Shown in pieces: positions 7,361-15,278 of a DNA stretch of 30,273 bases. Position 1 is the first letter of the stretch. The number at the start of each line of letters is the position of its first letter. The notes beneath the pieces are model-generated. The model saw only the letters and a list, made by a program, of their open reading frames with translations, was not told where the DNA came from and did not search any database. Origin of the DNA: a virus (taxonomy: Duplodnaviria; Caudoviricetes); IMG/VR virus record IMGVR_UViG_3300014658_000138, positions 1-30,273 of that record; one strand, 5' to 3'. The position numbers were made by a program, and so were the translations under genes.

Positions 7361-10083
7361 CAGAGCGTATTCGGCGTGTTGTTAAGGAAGCGGCGCATCG
7401 CTGGGAGTCCACCACCAACGACATTAACAAAGCCGCCAGTAATGGTGATCGAGCCCTGCCCTGTTGCCGCGGTGTAGTTGATCGTAGTGCCGCCCGTTCC
7501 CGAAGTCGTGGTCACCAAGCCGTTCAAACTGGCAAGGTTTGTTCCGGTGCCCAAGAGGCCCGTCACGAAAACCTGAGTCCCAACCGAGGGAGCTAGCCCG
7601 GACGGCACCGTGAGCACCACTGCGCCCGTGGTGCTGTTGTAGGTGCCAGACGTGATGGCACCTCCAGCCACGTATCCGGTCGCTGGGTTGACCCAAGGCC
7701 ACGTTGTCGTGGTGTAGCTCGATCCGGAGAAGAAGCTCGGGATGGTCGCGCCCGCACCGCCGGGCAGATAGTACGAGTTCGGGACGCTCGGATACGGAGG
7801 CGACAGGTTACCGCCATATTCGTTCGACCCGCCGATGCCATGCCACTGCTGGCTCTGCGAATTCCAGTCCCAGTTCCCACTCCGTAACTGCGTCGTGTAC
7901 GTGTTCCCGACCCACTGGAATCCGCTGGGGTCTTGCTGTGCTCCAATGTTCCAAAGGATGACGTTTGGACAGTTGGAAATAAGCGAATCCAACTCCTCGT
8001 AAACCCATGTTGTTTGTGTGCAGGAAAAGCCGCTGATCGACGCACTCAACAAAGTCTCGCCATTGAATCCGAGCACATTGCCGGTGAAATTGTGATTATA
8101 TGAGTTGGCCTGAATATCGGCCATACGACGGCCCAAGAGATCGGCGTAAGGATAAGCGGGCGAACCGGACGCAGTGTAGGCCCGTAGGTTCGTGCAAGGT
8201 GTGATGTTCGGGCACATCCCGGTAGGAGACGCGCTGCGGATACCGGAAAGCCAGTTGCGGTGAACAGTGTTCTCGTATGAATTTCCCCAGAACGCGTCGC
8301 CTTCGAAATTCTGAGAGTAGTTTCCCTCCATAAGGGCCAGCAGCGTCGTCGTATTGTGCGCTGCGTTGACGCCGGCCTCCGGGCTCTCGGGGTACGTTCC
8401 ACCGAAGGCATCGTCCATGTAGTTGTAGCCGATGACGTTGCCACCGCCACCATTGCGGACGACCACTTCCTTGTTGCCCTGCCACATGATGTCATTCTCG
8501 AACAAGCTGTCGCTTGTCCAAGTGTTCATGCCGCTGAGATAACCGCCGCCCCCCGGATTCGGGCTAGGCGTCTCGTGCATGAAGCTGTCGCGTACCTCGC
8601 ACCGATAGCACCCATAGAGGCCGATGCCGGTGCCGATCGACCAGTAGCTTTCGACGTGCTTGACCCAGCAGCTCGCACAATAGCCGATCGGCATATTGCC
8701 CTCGCCGTCGCCCCCTTCGCCACCGAACAGCAACAATTCCTCCACGGCAAGCGCGGTGCTGATGGGGTAATTGCTGGCGTCGAACGTCGACAGTTGCGCG
8801 CCAAGTGCGACCTGGAAAGTGTAATAGAACGGCGTCTCAAATGTGATCGTACTGCCGCTGATATTGGTAATTTTCATCAACTGACTGACGGAGCGATCCT
8901 GCCGGGAGAAGAACCTGCGCGAGCCACCGCCAGCCGTCAGCGTGACGCCAGTCCGCGTCGGGTTGGATTGCCCCATCGTAAAGTTCGGAAACGTGCCACC
9001 TGTGATGAACCCGTAAGAGGTCGAGAACGTGCTGTCGAAGATCGGGTAGCCTACTTGCGGGATGACGCCGCCAAGATTGATGTTGACGTTGCTACCGCTG
9101 TTTGACTGGCTCATCGTAAAGGGGCCGGGATAGGTTCCCGCAGTAATGTAGCCGTAATAGTTGTTCGACGTATCGAATACGGTCACGCCGACGACTTGCA
9201 CACCGCCGATGTTCAGTTGCGATACGTAGCCTGTGGCTGGCGCTGAATTGATCGTCATACTTGTGCCGGAAAACGACACGTTGGCCGAGCCGTCGACGCC
9301 GGTGGGGCCGTTCTGCGCTGAGGTGAATGTCAACGAAGTGCCACTCAGCGACCCGGTAAAATACCCCGAAAGATCGTTCCGATTGCCATAGAAGACGTTC
9401 GGGTCACTGTCTGCTACATGATCGATAAGGACCACCTGCCCGATGCTCAAACCGGAGGTGCTGGTAACGGTAACGGTAGTATTTCCCTTCGTCCCATCGG
9501 CAGTCAGGTTGGTCGATGTGCCGTTCCCTCCGGAATACCCCGGCGTAACTGCGGTCCAGTTCGGTACGCGCCCAACGTGAAGAATGCCGTAGTTGTGGTT
9601 TGTGTTCCGGTCGGACTTGATAATCGCGGTTCCCGAGACATAGTTAAGCGAACTCGCGCTATCATTGGATAAGTTTCCGCCGGTCGCCATTGCCGCAGGG
9701 AGCCCAGAACCGCGCAGCGATACATATGAGCACCCGAGCGGAATGTCGATCCCGTTCCCGCTGACTTTGAACTCTCCGGCATTCAGCTTGATGACTTGAG
9801 CGTTGAGTTCCGAGGTCGCCGACGTGCAACACGTCGAATAGGCGCTGTTGATCTGCGTTGTGTCGTCCGTCCCATTCGCCGTCAGCGTCGTGCAGATAGT
9901 GTTTCGAGTCGGTATGCCGCCGTTATAAGTAACCCCAGGTTGCCAATTTCCAGAAGCCGTGCCGAGAAGACGACTTGCCGGAATGATCGGATTCGTCGTT
10001 GTCGTGTCGAATATGTTGAAGCTCTGCGGCCACGCAGGCTCAACGATCAACAGCAGAGCAATGAGTGTACGGAGTGCTCTCAC
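7360..10083 (-). CDS. Signal-peptide-bearing right-handed beta-helix (pectate-lyase-like) glycanase/adhesin (907 aa)
   Basis: GTG at 10083 overlaps the upstream TGA (GTGA). N-terminus MRALRTLIALLLIVEPAWP-QSF. DDTTQINSA cap motif, CASC/CYRC and Asn-rich rungs; 12 Cys. Confidence 0.75.
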   Translation of the reverse strand: MRALRTLIALLLIVEPAWPQSFNIFDTTTTNPIIPASRLLGTASGNWQPGVTYNGGIPTRNTICTTLTANGTDDTTQINSAYSTCCTSATSELNAQVIKLNAGEFKVSGNGIDIPLGCSYVSLRGSGLPAAMATGGNLSNDSASSLNYVSGTAIIKSDRNTNHNYGILHVGRVPNWTAVTPGYSGGNGTSTNLTADGTKGNTTVTVTSTSGLSIGQVVLIDHVADSDPNVFYGNRNDLSGYFTGSLSGTSLTFTSAQNGPTGVDGSANVSFSGTSMTINSAPATGYVSQLNIGGVQVVGVTVFDTSNNYYGYITAGTYPGPFTMSQSNSGSNVNINLGGVIPQVGYPIFDSTFSTSYGFITGGTFPNFTMGQSNPTRTGVTLTAGGGSRRFFSRQDRSVSQLMKITNISGSTITFETPFYYTFQVALGAQLSTFDASNYPISTALAVEELLLFGGEGGDGEGNMPIGYCASCWVKHVESYWSIGTGIGLYGCYRCEVRDSFMHETPSPNPGGGGYLSGMNTWTSDSLFENDIMWQGNKEVVVRNGGGGNVIGYNYMDDAFGGTYPESPEAGVNAAHNTTTLLALMEGNYSQNFEGDAFWGNSYENTVHRNWLSGIRSASPTGMCPNITPCTNLRAYTASGSPAYPYADLLGRRMADIQANSYNHNFTGNVLGFNGETLLSASISGFSCTQTTWVYEELDSLISNCPNVILWNIGAQQDPSGFQWVGNTYTTQLRSGNWDWNSQSQQWHGIGGSNEYGGNLSPPYPSVPNSYYLPGGAGATIPSFFSGSSYTTTTWPWVNPATGYVAGGAITSGTYNSTTGAVVLTVPSGLAPSVGTQVFVTGLLGTGTNLASLNGLVTTTSGTGGTTINYTAATGQGSITITGGFVNVVGGGLPAMRRFLNNTPNTL

Positions 10084-11051
10084 AAGCCACCATTGTAACC
10101 GCTTGAGCCATTCATGTTGTTGAACAGCGACGTTCGGTTGCCTGAAGTCAGCGCCGTTCCGTAAAACCATCCTTCGCACATCGTGGCGATGAGGGAGGTA
10201 TAACCGAACTCAACGCTCGCCGCTGAAAACCCGTTGGTTGAAGTGCTAACAGAAGTATCGGTTCCATCGACGTTGATGATCGACGATGTGCTGCTAGCAA
10301 GGAATTGAAGCCCGTGGAAAACGCTGTCTGACACGGTTACGCTGGCGCTGTTGCTTCCGGCCCAAAGCTTAACGCTATTCGTCGCGTTCGCGTAAAATGG
10401 CGTAACGTTTCCGCCACTATCGCCAATAATATTCGCATTGGTGGTAAAGTTTCCGGTTCTTTTCGACGCAGCGCCAAAGCTTATTGGCTGCGCAAGCGTC
10501 AATGACACACCACTGACAAGTGCTTGAGAACCGGCGAAAGTAACGCACGGAAGGCTGTTTAGCGCGTTAAGTGTCAATGTCGGCATCGTCGCGAGAGTAG
10601 CCTGCGACACAGGGCATGGCGCCGCGCCCGAAGTGCAAGAATTAGCTCCACTCTGGTCATACATTTGGGTAACCGAGCATCCTGCCGCGTGCGTGACGGT
10701 ACAGAATGTTGTGACGCTCAGTGTTCCTCCAGTACAAAGCAAAGAAGTTAGGTCAGCAAAACCATTCGTTGCTGCCTTCATGGTACAAGAAAAGCCTCCT
10801 GTCGAAGTATCAACGATATCGCATAAATTTCCCGTAGCAGCGGCATAGGCGGCATTGTACGCCCGCGCACAGGAGTAGAATGCTTTTGCTCCGCTGATGG
10901 CGTCACCAGGGCCGCTGTAGCCCCCGCCTCCGCTGCTCGGAGCATACGCCGCCGGCCCACCGAATACGCCCGGCGGGAAGCTTTGGTACTGCGCTATCGC
11001 CGGGACGAGCGAATACGCCAGTGCAAGGACAGCGAACCATGCCCGCAACAT
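10080..11051 (-). CDS. Signal-peptide-bearing lectin/ConA-like (arabinofuranosidase-catalytic-like) domain protein (323 aa)
   Basis: ATG at 11051 (TAATG). Signal MLRAWFAVLALAYSLVPAIA-QYQ; AFYSCARAY and VTQMYDQSG motifs; 10 Cys. Confidence 0.7.
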   Translation of the reverse strand: MLRAWFAVLALAYSLVPAIAQYQSFPPGVFGGPAAYAPSSGGGGYSGPGDAISGAKAFYSCARAYNAAYAAATGNLCDIVDTSTGGFSCTMKAATNGFADLTSLLCTGGTLSVTTFCTVTHAAGCSVTQMYDQSGANSCTSGAAPCPVSQATLATMPTLTLNALNSLPCVTFAGSQALVSGVSLTLAQPISFGAASKRTGNFTTNANIIGDSGGNVTPFYANATNSVKLWAGSNSASVTVSDSVFHGLQFLASSTSSIINVDGTDTSVSTSTNGFSAASVEFGYTSLIATMCEGWFYGTALTSGNRTSLFNNMNGSSGYNGGL

Positions 11052-12718
11052 TAACTGAACTTCCCATAGCAGACCACGGACACGTTCGGTCCCGTGGTTA
11101 CCTTCCATGCGCCGTTCACGCTCACTGCGCCCACTGGGATCGGAATCGGCGCGAGGTTCGATAGGCTCGTTGATCCGCCCGCGAACAAGATGGCTGAATT
11201 TGCTGCCGTGTTCGTGCTGTCGAAGACCGTCACCACTCCGGGCGATGTTGATGCCGGGTAGATTACGCAATGGGAGAGATAATCCCCCGCGGCTCCGGTC
11301 GAGGATTGCAACACTGTCGCGGTCTGGCTCGCCGCCACGGCCTCGTAGAAGCTGCCTCCGTTGACGACTGCGAGACCGCCCTTCGCGCTGCCGCCAACGA
11401 CGAGCCCGCCATCCGATCCGGTGGAACGCATCCGATCCCAAGTCGATCCGTTGTAGACGTAGCCGAAGTTCACCACGGGAGCGCCGGCAGAGGACGAGGT
11501 CGCCTGTGCATCAGCGGCGCTGGTCACATAGGTCGCGGCATTGTCGACGGTCGTATGCAGCGATGCCGTCGACGTGCAGGACAGCACCGACGACTTGCCC
11601 GAGGTGACGGTGATTCCTCCGCTCACGTAGGTGCAGGCGGCGGGTGTCTCGCTCGTGGTTCCGATGGTGAAAGTCGCGCCATCTGCGAGCGCCGTTCCGC
11701 CAGAACCAGCTCCGGCCTTGATGTTGACCAGCAGGTTGCCGTTGGCATCCATCTGGAGCGGCGAGACGTTGCCGCTAGTGATGGTCGTCGGCGAGGTATT
11801 GAACTGGCCGAGCACGAGGGCGCCATTCGTCGGCGTGGCCGAGTTCTGCGTGCTGACCTGAAGACCCCAATTTCCGATAGTGTTCGGATCGACCTTGCCG
11901 ATCGCCGTGGTGGCGCTCGCCTGGAGTGTCGCATTGACCGCGAAGGCCGTGTTGTCTGACGCGATGTTGACGCGCTGCGAGCCGGCACCAGAGACGCCGT
12001 TTCCTGTCGCAACCGTCGTCGCGCCGATCTGCGCCAGTGAGACGCCGTTCGTGGTGCCGACCGTGGTCTGGTCGATACCAACCTTGCCCATGAGGTTGGT
12101 GCCAGCCGGAAGCGCCGCATTCACTTGGACGCCGTTCGTCGTGCCGGGCGTCGTCTGGTCGATGCCGACCTTGCCGATGATGTTTGTGCCGGCGGCGAGT
12201 CCCCACGTCGCGCCTGTTCCCGGAGACACAAAGATCGGATTGCCCGCCGCGAGAACAGCGTTGCCCTGCAAGATATTCGTGTAGAGACCATTGGTCGCGC
12301 CGATGGCCGCGCTGCCAACCGAGATGTTTGTGAACAGCGGATTGGTCGCGCTGAGTGCGGCACCCGCCTGCGACAACTGCGCGGGAAGCGGGTTGTTCGC
12401 TGCTAGGACCGACCCGCCTTGCGTCGGAACGACACCGCTGCCATTGGCGAGCGAAGGCGTCGTGTTGAGCGAGACGACGCCGGGTGTTGTTGAATTGAAA
12501 AGCTGGGCGCCGGCCGTATTGATCGGCACTGTAGCGGTGCAGTCTGTGTTCGCCGCTGCACACAGTCCCGTACCAGCCGGTGTCGTCGTCGAATTGAATG
12601 AAACGAACGCGCTCGGTCCAGCGCCCGGCGTGTAGAGCCAATTGGCGTAGGTTGGCAGCGCGCTGGCGTCGAGCGCGAGACCGCAAACCAGGACGCGTAG
12701 AAGGTTGCGCCACTTCAT
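11051..12718 (-). CDS. Signal-peptide-bearing repetitive fibre-like protein (555 aa)
   Basis: AAGGAG RBS; N-terminus MKWRNLLRVLVCGLALDASALPTYA-NW. 17-aa and 29-aa (GKVGIDQTT.GTTNGV) repeats; C-terminal beta domain ending GAWKVTTGPNVSVVCYGKFS. Confidence 0.75.
   Translation of the reverse strand: MKWRNLLRVLVCGLALDASALPTYANWLYTPGAGPSAFVSFNSTTTPAGTGLCAAANTDCTATVPINTAGAQLFNSTTPGVVSLNTTPSLANGSGVVPTQGGSVLAANNPLPAQLSQAGAALSATNPLFTNISVGSAAIGATNGLYTNILQGNAVLAAGNPIFVSPGTGATWGLAAGTNIIGKVGIDQTTPGTTNGVQVNAALPAGTNLMGKVGIDQTTVGTTNGVSLAQIGATTVATGNGVSGAGSQRVNIASDNTAFAVNATLQASATTAIGKVDPNTIGNWGLQVSTQNSATPTNGALVLGQFNTSPTTITSGNVSPLQMDANGNLLVNIKAGAGSGGTALADGATFTIGTTSETPAACTYVSGGITVTSGKSSVLSCTSTASLHTTVDNAATYVTSAADAQATSSSAGAPVVNFGYVYNGSTWDRMRSTGSDGGLVVGGSAKGGLAVVNGGSFYEAVAASQTATVLQSSTGAAGDYLSHCVIYPASTSPGVVTVFDSTNTAANSAILFAGGSTSLSNLAPIPIPVGAVSVNGAWKVTTGPNVSVVCYGKFS
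12043..12193 (-). repeat. Intragenic tandem repeat, 87-nt (29-aa) period
   Basis: AGTNIIGKVGIDQTTPGTTNGV / AGTNLMGKVGIDQTTVGTTNGV. Confidence 0.9.
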
Positions 12719-12724
12719 CGGGAA

Positions 12725-13069
12725 TTACTCCTTAGGCTGATCCGGCGGCGGCGCCGCGGCGTTGGCCTTCGCGTCAGCGTCAGCCTTTTCTTTCGCTTCC
12801 TTCGCGATCTTGTCGCGAACGGCCTTCTCGAGCGCATCGGTCTGATTCTTCACGAGACCCTGGTACTGGCGCGTGAGTTGCCCACCGATATCGTCCATGA
12901 GCGGCGCGACTTCCTCGTGCGGGCGCTTGCCGAGCACCTGGCGGATGTATTCCCACTGCGTGCTCTTGAGCTGGACGCCGACGACGGGGTCCTGTTGCTG
13001 AGCGAAAGCAACTCCCGCAAAGCTGACTCCGAGCGCAGTCAACCCAAAAGCAACGAAAGATACACGCAT
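12725..13069 (-). CDS. Signal-peptide-bearing helical protein, possible fibre chaperone (114 aa)
   Basis: ATG at 13069 (TGATG). Signal MRVSFVAFGLTALGVSFAGVAFA-QQQ; LGKRPHEEVAPLM motif followed by a coiled coil. Confidence 0.7.
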   Translation of the reverse strand: MRVSFVAFGLTALGVSFAGVAFAQQQDPVVGVQLKSTQWEYIRQVLGKRPHEEVAPLMDDIGGQLTRQYQGLVKNQTDALEKAVRDKIAKEAKEKADADAKANAAAPPPDQPKE

Positions 13070-13305
13070 CAGAACGCTCCTATGTACTGGCTGTTGCACG
13101 CTTGCGAAAAGTCCATCTCATTCGAACACGTCGGAGGCGGTCCCCCACCGCCTGAGCGCGATCTGCTTGGCGACATCGGTCCTTGTCCAGGAACCATCGC
13201 TGCGCCGAACTCGGTCGCATTGAACGGGACCATCGGCGACGGCGCAGACGACGCGAGCGCCATCAACGAGAGCAACACGGCGAAGGCGGCGATCGCGCGC
13301 GTCAT
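13069..13305 (-). CDS. Small signal-peptide-bearing protein (78 aa)
   Basis: ATGA and TGATG coupling at the two ends. Signal MTRAIAAFAVLLSLMALASS; C-terminal CSNEMDFSQAC Cys pair. Confidence 0.7.
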   Translation of the reverse strand: MTRAIAAFAVLLSLMALASSAPSPMVPFNATEFGAAMVPGQGPMSPSRSRSGGGGPPPTCSNEMDFSQACNSQYIGAF

Positions 13306-13904
13306 TGGTAGAACGATGCGTTGAGAGCGGCGGTAGCTGCCTGCTGAATGAACTGAAGATTGGAGATGCTGCCGCCAGGAAGCGTCGTGCTCGCCTGCAG
13401 CGTCGCATTGTATCCGATGCAGTTCGGACCATTGGTGGAACTGGCGGGGATCGGTTGGCCGCCACTCGCTGATGCAGTCGGCGCCACGCCGTCGTCACGC
13501 CAGTTGACGTTCTGCGTCGAAGCACACAGCAGAACGTATTTAGCGAATGGCGGAATGCCAGCAGCGGTCATCGACTCCGAACTGACGGTCGAGGTCGTCG
13601 AGAGCAGGTAGACGCCCGCCGCGTTTGCGCCTCCGCCGGAGACTGTCCGCAGCACATAAGTGCCAGATGGCACGCCAGTGCCGACGATTGGTTGCCCCGG
13701 CAAGACGCTACCGGTGACGGAGCTGGTTGTAAGCTGATTGCCTGCAATGACACCGGTGAACGATGCGAACACGCAGTTGGTTGAGGTGATTCCGACAGCT
13801 GACGCCACCGAGCCGAGATTGCAGAAGCCGAGTGAGGTCTGGAACGGCGCTTGAGCAGCCGCAGGCAGCGACCACAGCAACAGGAGCAGCAGAAGTTTCT
13901 TCAT
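13302..13904 (-). CDS. Signal-peptide-bearing beta-sandwich protein (200 aa)
   Basis: ATG at 13904 overlaps the adaptor TGA. Textbook signal MKKLLLLLLLWSLPAAA-QAP; VNWRDDGVAPTAS motif; ASFTG.I.G..LT module; 4 Cys. Confidence 0.8.
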   Translation of the reverse strand: MKKLLLLLLLWSLPAAAQAPFQTSLGFCNLGSVASAVGITSTNCVFASFTGVIAGNQLTTSSVTGSVLPGQPIVGTGVPSGTYVLRTVSGGGANAAGVYLLSTTSTVSSESMTAAGIPPFAKYVLLCASTQNVNWRDDGVAPTASASGGQPIPASSTNGPNCIGYNATLQASTTLPGGSISNLQFIQQAATAALNASFYQ

Positions 13905-14410
13905 GTGAGACCCCACAGCGTCCCGTAGGACTGTGCAATGGCGAGATATTGACGCCCATAGGGCGTCTTGAGGTTCTGAAGGTTGCCAAGCGTAAACGTC
14001 TTGGCCGCCTCGATGACCTCGATGGAAGTCGAAGTACTCACGTCAGAGATCGACGCGACGACGCCGAAGTGCGCGTTGCCGATGCCCCAGCGGTATCGTA
14101 ACCTCTCGAAGAACGCCAGTTGCGTTCCGTCCGGCAACTGTGCGGTCGGCGCTCCCGGCGGGTCGACGGCCCAGTTAATCACGAGGTCCGCGGCGAGATT
14201 GTAGACGGCGAGATCATATTGCGATCGAGTGTAGGGCGAATTCTGCTGGTTCGGGATGCACACCGTCGCCAGCAGAGGATTGACGATCCCCAGCGCGACG
14301 TTGAAGGCGAAGTTCACCACTGGCGCGTTGGGATCGAGATTGTTCGTGTCGATGGCGACGACATTCGCCAAGAACCACTGAAAGCCGGCAAGGTTAGGCG
14401 TCTGAGCCAC
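13901..14410 (-). CDS. Head-tail adaptor (DUF4054-like)
   Basis: GVVASISDVSTS and LKTPYGRQYLA motifs; position downstream of the capsid gene; GTG start. Confidence 0.75.
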   Translation of the reverse strand: MAQTPNLAGFQWFLANVVAIDTNNLDPNAPVVNFAFNVALGIVNPLLATVCIPNQQNSPYTRSQYDLAVYNLAADLVINWAVDPPGAPTAQLPDGTQLAFFERLRYRWGIGNAHFGVVASISDVSTSTSIEVIEAAKTFTLGNLQNLKTPYGRQYLAIAQSYGTLWGLT

Positions 14411-14605
14411 TTAGCGCGGCGCCTCGATCGAGGTGAAGGCCATCGTCTCGATGTAGCGCCCGCCTTCGTTATGAAAGAAGCGGCTCCCCCACAGGATGAC
14501 ACCCGGCAAGTAAGCTGGAATAGTGACAGTCGTCACGTATTCTCCTGCGCGAGTGAACAGCTGCACGTCGTCGTTGCCCGGCGGGACGCCTGCGCAGTTA
14601 GCCAT
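14411..14605 (-). CDS. Small hypothetical protein (64 aa)
   Basis: Exactly fills the gap, overlapping the upstream stop and abutting the next start. Confidence 0.55.
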   Translation of the reverse strand: MANCAGVPPGNDDVQLFTRAGEYVTTVTIPAYLPGVILWGSRFFHNEGGRYIETMAFTSIEAPR

Positions 14606-15140
14606 CTCGCCGCCCCCTGCGCTGCGACCGGGTCATTTCCTTGACCGGCGTCGGATCTTCCGACCGCGTCACCCGCAGCCGCTCCTCGACCGGCTCGTGC
14701 TCGGGACCGCTGCCCGTCTTTTCTTCCTTGACCTCGATCTCGAGCTTCTTGAGTTGGTCGGCCATGTTGTTTTCGACCTGCTGGTTGACGGCGATGGCCG
14801 CCTCCAGCCTGGTCTTGCGCCCGCGCTCGTCCATCAACTTCTTGTTGTTCTGCATGACATAAAGCAGCTTGGAGATCGGCACCGGCTTGTCGATCGAGTA
14901 GCACAGACCTGCGAACGCCTTGTTACGGTCCACCTCGTGGACCGAAATGAGACCATACTTGCGGTGCTGACCGACGATCGAGTCGATCTGAATCTGGTTC
15001 AGGTCGCCGGTGATCGGGATTTGCGACCCGATCTCGATCTGCTGCACCCGCATTCCGCCGGACATTGCGCCCGACTCTTCCGGCGTGCGGTACATGAAGG
15101 TCTGCACCTGTTGAGTGCAGTTGGCGATGTAGAGACGCAT
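14598..15140 (-). CDS. Hypothetical phage protein following the capsid gene (180 aa)
   Basis: ATG at 15140 with GGGAGAG RBS; MRLYIANCTQQ...GLCYSIDKP. Confidence 0.75.
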   Translation of the reverse strand: MRLYIANCTQQVQTFMYRTPEESGAMSGGMRVQQIEIGSQIPITGDLNQIQIDSIVGQHRKYGLISVHEVDRNKAFAGLCYSIDKPVPISKLLYVMQNNKKLMDERGRKTRLEAAIAVNQQVENNMADQLKKLEIEVKEEKTGSGPEHEPVEERLRVTRSEDPTPVKEMTRSQRRGRRDG

Positions 15141-15163
15141 GACACTCTCCCTCTCGTTAAAAG

Positions 15164-15272
15164 TCCCGCGGGTCGTCCTCATACCGACAATCTCTCGGCG
15201 TTGGCGCCAGAGACCAGGACATCTTCCGCATCAACGGCTCTGCTGGCCTAGCAGAGTTCTACTGCCGCGGGA
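15164..15272 (-). other. Branched structured RNA element / possible attenuator after the capsid gene
   Basis: Closing stem TCCCGCGG/CCGCGGGA encloses CTCTGCT/AGCAGAG, CCG/CGG, GTCCT/AGGAC and TCTCT-GGCG/CGCC-G-AGAGA stems; followed by CTTTT. Confidence 0.6.
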
Positions 15273-15278
15273 TTAGTG

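Noticed and set aside
7360-13904. Independent bacterial secreted-protein operon or moron
   Set aside because: No promoter or terminator space, translational coupling to neck genes on both sides, and virion-type modules. It cannot be fully excluded without expression data.
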